This document shows positions 63,019 to 64,000 of a stretch of 64,000 nucleotides of DNA, piece after piece. A program made the position numbers and the translations under genes. Origin of the DNA: Gemmatimonadales bacterium (lineage in GTDB: Bacteria; Gemmatimonadota; Gemmatimonadetes; Gemmatimonadales; GWC2-71-9); the NCBI GenBank assembly GCA_036555275.1, contig DATBLR010000073.1, forward strand, positions 1,079 through 65,078, in the 5' to 3' direction. Within the stretch, counting starts at the first letter, position 1. Each line of letters begins with the position of its first letter. A model generated the notes under the pieces. The model worked only from the letters and a program-made list of their open reading frames with translations. It ran no database searches and was not told where the DNA came from.

Positions 63019-64000
63019 AGACTCACGTCCTTGCCTTCCGCCGCGGACTTGTAGATGGCCTCCATGACCCGGTGAATCACGAGTTGTTCCTGGCTATCGA
63101 ACGGCTTCGCCTGCCCGCGTACCGCCGCCAAGAAGTGGGCCCACTGCGCCCGGAAGGAGGCGCTGAAGGCGCTCTCCCGGCCGATCGCGCCGGTCGGCGC
63201 GACATCGGTCGGCACGCCATGCAGATCCTTCCAGACGTGCAGCGGGTTGATGCCGGCGGTCCCCCGGCTGGCCCGGAGTCCCAGGCCGAAGCGCTCCCCC
63301 TCCCCCACATGGTGCCAGGTGACATCGACGAAGACGGACACGCCGCCCTCGCAGATGACCAGGGCGCTGCCCGATTCCTCCACGCCGCGGCTCCCCTCCA
63401 TCCCGTGGAGCGTCGCACTTACCCGGACCGGTACCGGATTCCTGGCCAGCCAGAGGCCCAGGTCCAGCACCGCCTCGCCCAGGTCCAGCATGGCGCCGCC
63501 GCCGGCCTCGTCACGCCGCTGGCGCCAGCCGAGCTGCGCGCGGCTGGGTCGGAACACGTGCCAGCTGCCGCGCACGCTCTCGACCTTCCCCAGCTCCCCG
63601 CTTTGCACGAAGCTGCGGACGATCTGCACATCGGAGCGGTAGCGATGGTTCATCCCCACCATCAGGACGCGATCCCGCTTCTCCGCCTGCCGTAGGAGCC
63701 GCTGGGCTCCTGCCGTCGAGAGAGCCAGCGGGCGCTCCACCAGCACGTGGAGCCCCGCGGACAACGAGGCGAGGACATGCGGCTCATGCAGGTGATTGGG
63801 CGTGCAGATCGCGACCGCGTCGAGCTGCTCGTACTCCAGCAGTTCCTCGATGTCGGTGAACGCGTCTCTCACACCGTAGCGAGAAGCGAGGGCCCGGGCC
63901 TTGGGGAGGTCGGGATCGCAGATCGCCAGCACTTCGACCCCTTTCAGCTTTCGCAGCACCGGCAGGTGGGCCACCTGGGTGATCGCACCGGCGCCGATGA
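63015..64000 (-). CDS. Gfo/Idh/MocA family oxidoreductase (5' end beyond window)
   Basis: The reading frame stays open to the window edge and encodes ...IGAGAITQVAHLPVLRKL (Rossmann GxGxxG), then AICDPD, CTPNHLH and ERPLA, typical of the family. This is a partial gene. Confidence 0.85.
   Translation of the reverse strand, partial: IGAGAITQVAHLPVLRKLKGVEVLAICDPDLPKARALASRYGVRDAFTDIEELLEYEQLDAVAICTPNHLHEPHVLASLSAGLHVLVERPLALSTAGAQRLLRQAEKRDRVLMVGMNHRYRSDVQIVRSFVQSGELGKVESVRGSWHVFRPSRAQLGWRQRRDEAGGGAMLDLGEAVLDLGLWLARNPVPVRVSATLHGMEGSRGVEESGSALVICEGGVSVFVDVTWHHVGEGERFGLGLRASRGTAGINPLHVWKDLHGVPTDVAPTGAIGRESAFSASFRAQWAHFLAAVRGQAKPFDSQEQLVIHRVMEAIYKSAAEGKDVSL

Overview
High-GC (roughly 68-70%) bacterial chromosomal core region, densely packed and mostly housekeeping. 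I found no rRNA, CRISPR array, transposase, integrase or prophage genes. Gene content suggests a Gemmatimonadota-like or related FCB/Acidobacteria-type organism, but this is inference only. The suggestive genes are the MoxR-DUF58-BatA/BatB aerotolerance-type operon, a DUF4159/DUF4175-like envelope operon, an ECF sigma plus Ser/Thr kinase pair, and SPOR, LolA, Mla and Omp85-type envelope genes. Recognisable blocks are listed below.
(1) Minus-strand chain dinG-like helicase, FAH-family hydrolase, aminotransferase, membrane protein.
(2) Minus-strand rsmI, DUF4159, giant coiled-coil membrane protein, TPR protein, Tat-signal protein.
(3) trxA, mce and pdxJ.
(4) The widely conserved ispE, tRNA-Gln, prs, rplY, pth, ychF block.
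(5) ECF sigma plus tail-anchored Ser/Thr kinase.
(6) moxR, DUF58, DUF4381-like, batA, batB/C.
(7) rpsF, rpsR, DUF2232, rplI, Dak2-DegV fusion, rsfS.
(8) Zincin-PD40-Omp85 giant protein, SPOR lipoprotein, smc.
(9) DAHP synthase and lolA.
(10) Minus-strand rpmE, prfA, prmC, ylbF-like, tmk, ctp, TauE, DUF2520.
(11) Crp-family regulator, MBL hydrolase, CsgG-like protein, mlaE, degenerate mlaF, mlaD, HD-GYP.
(12) DUF4105 protein and a Gfo/Idh/MocA oxidoreductase that runs off the window.
About 20 gene junctions are 4-nt ATGA/GTGA overlaps.
The most unusual non-coding signal is a set of five intergenic elements. Each is built from locus-specific 7-8 nt tandem repeats arranged as an inverted pair, and all five sit between co-directional genes. 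Other points worth follow-up:
- a RadC-like JAB domain fused to a DinG/XPD-type Fe-S helicase
- an MlaF homolog with every ATP-binding motif degenerate
- an Hpt-like protein lacking the phospho-accepting His
- a Dak2-DegV (FakA/FakB-like) fusion
- two genes (pth and a TauE-family permease) whose conserved N-termini lie upstream of any ATG/GTG/TTG
All domain calls come from motif recognition by eye. No database search was run.
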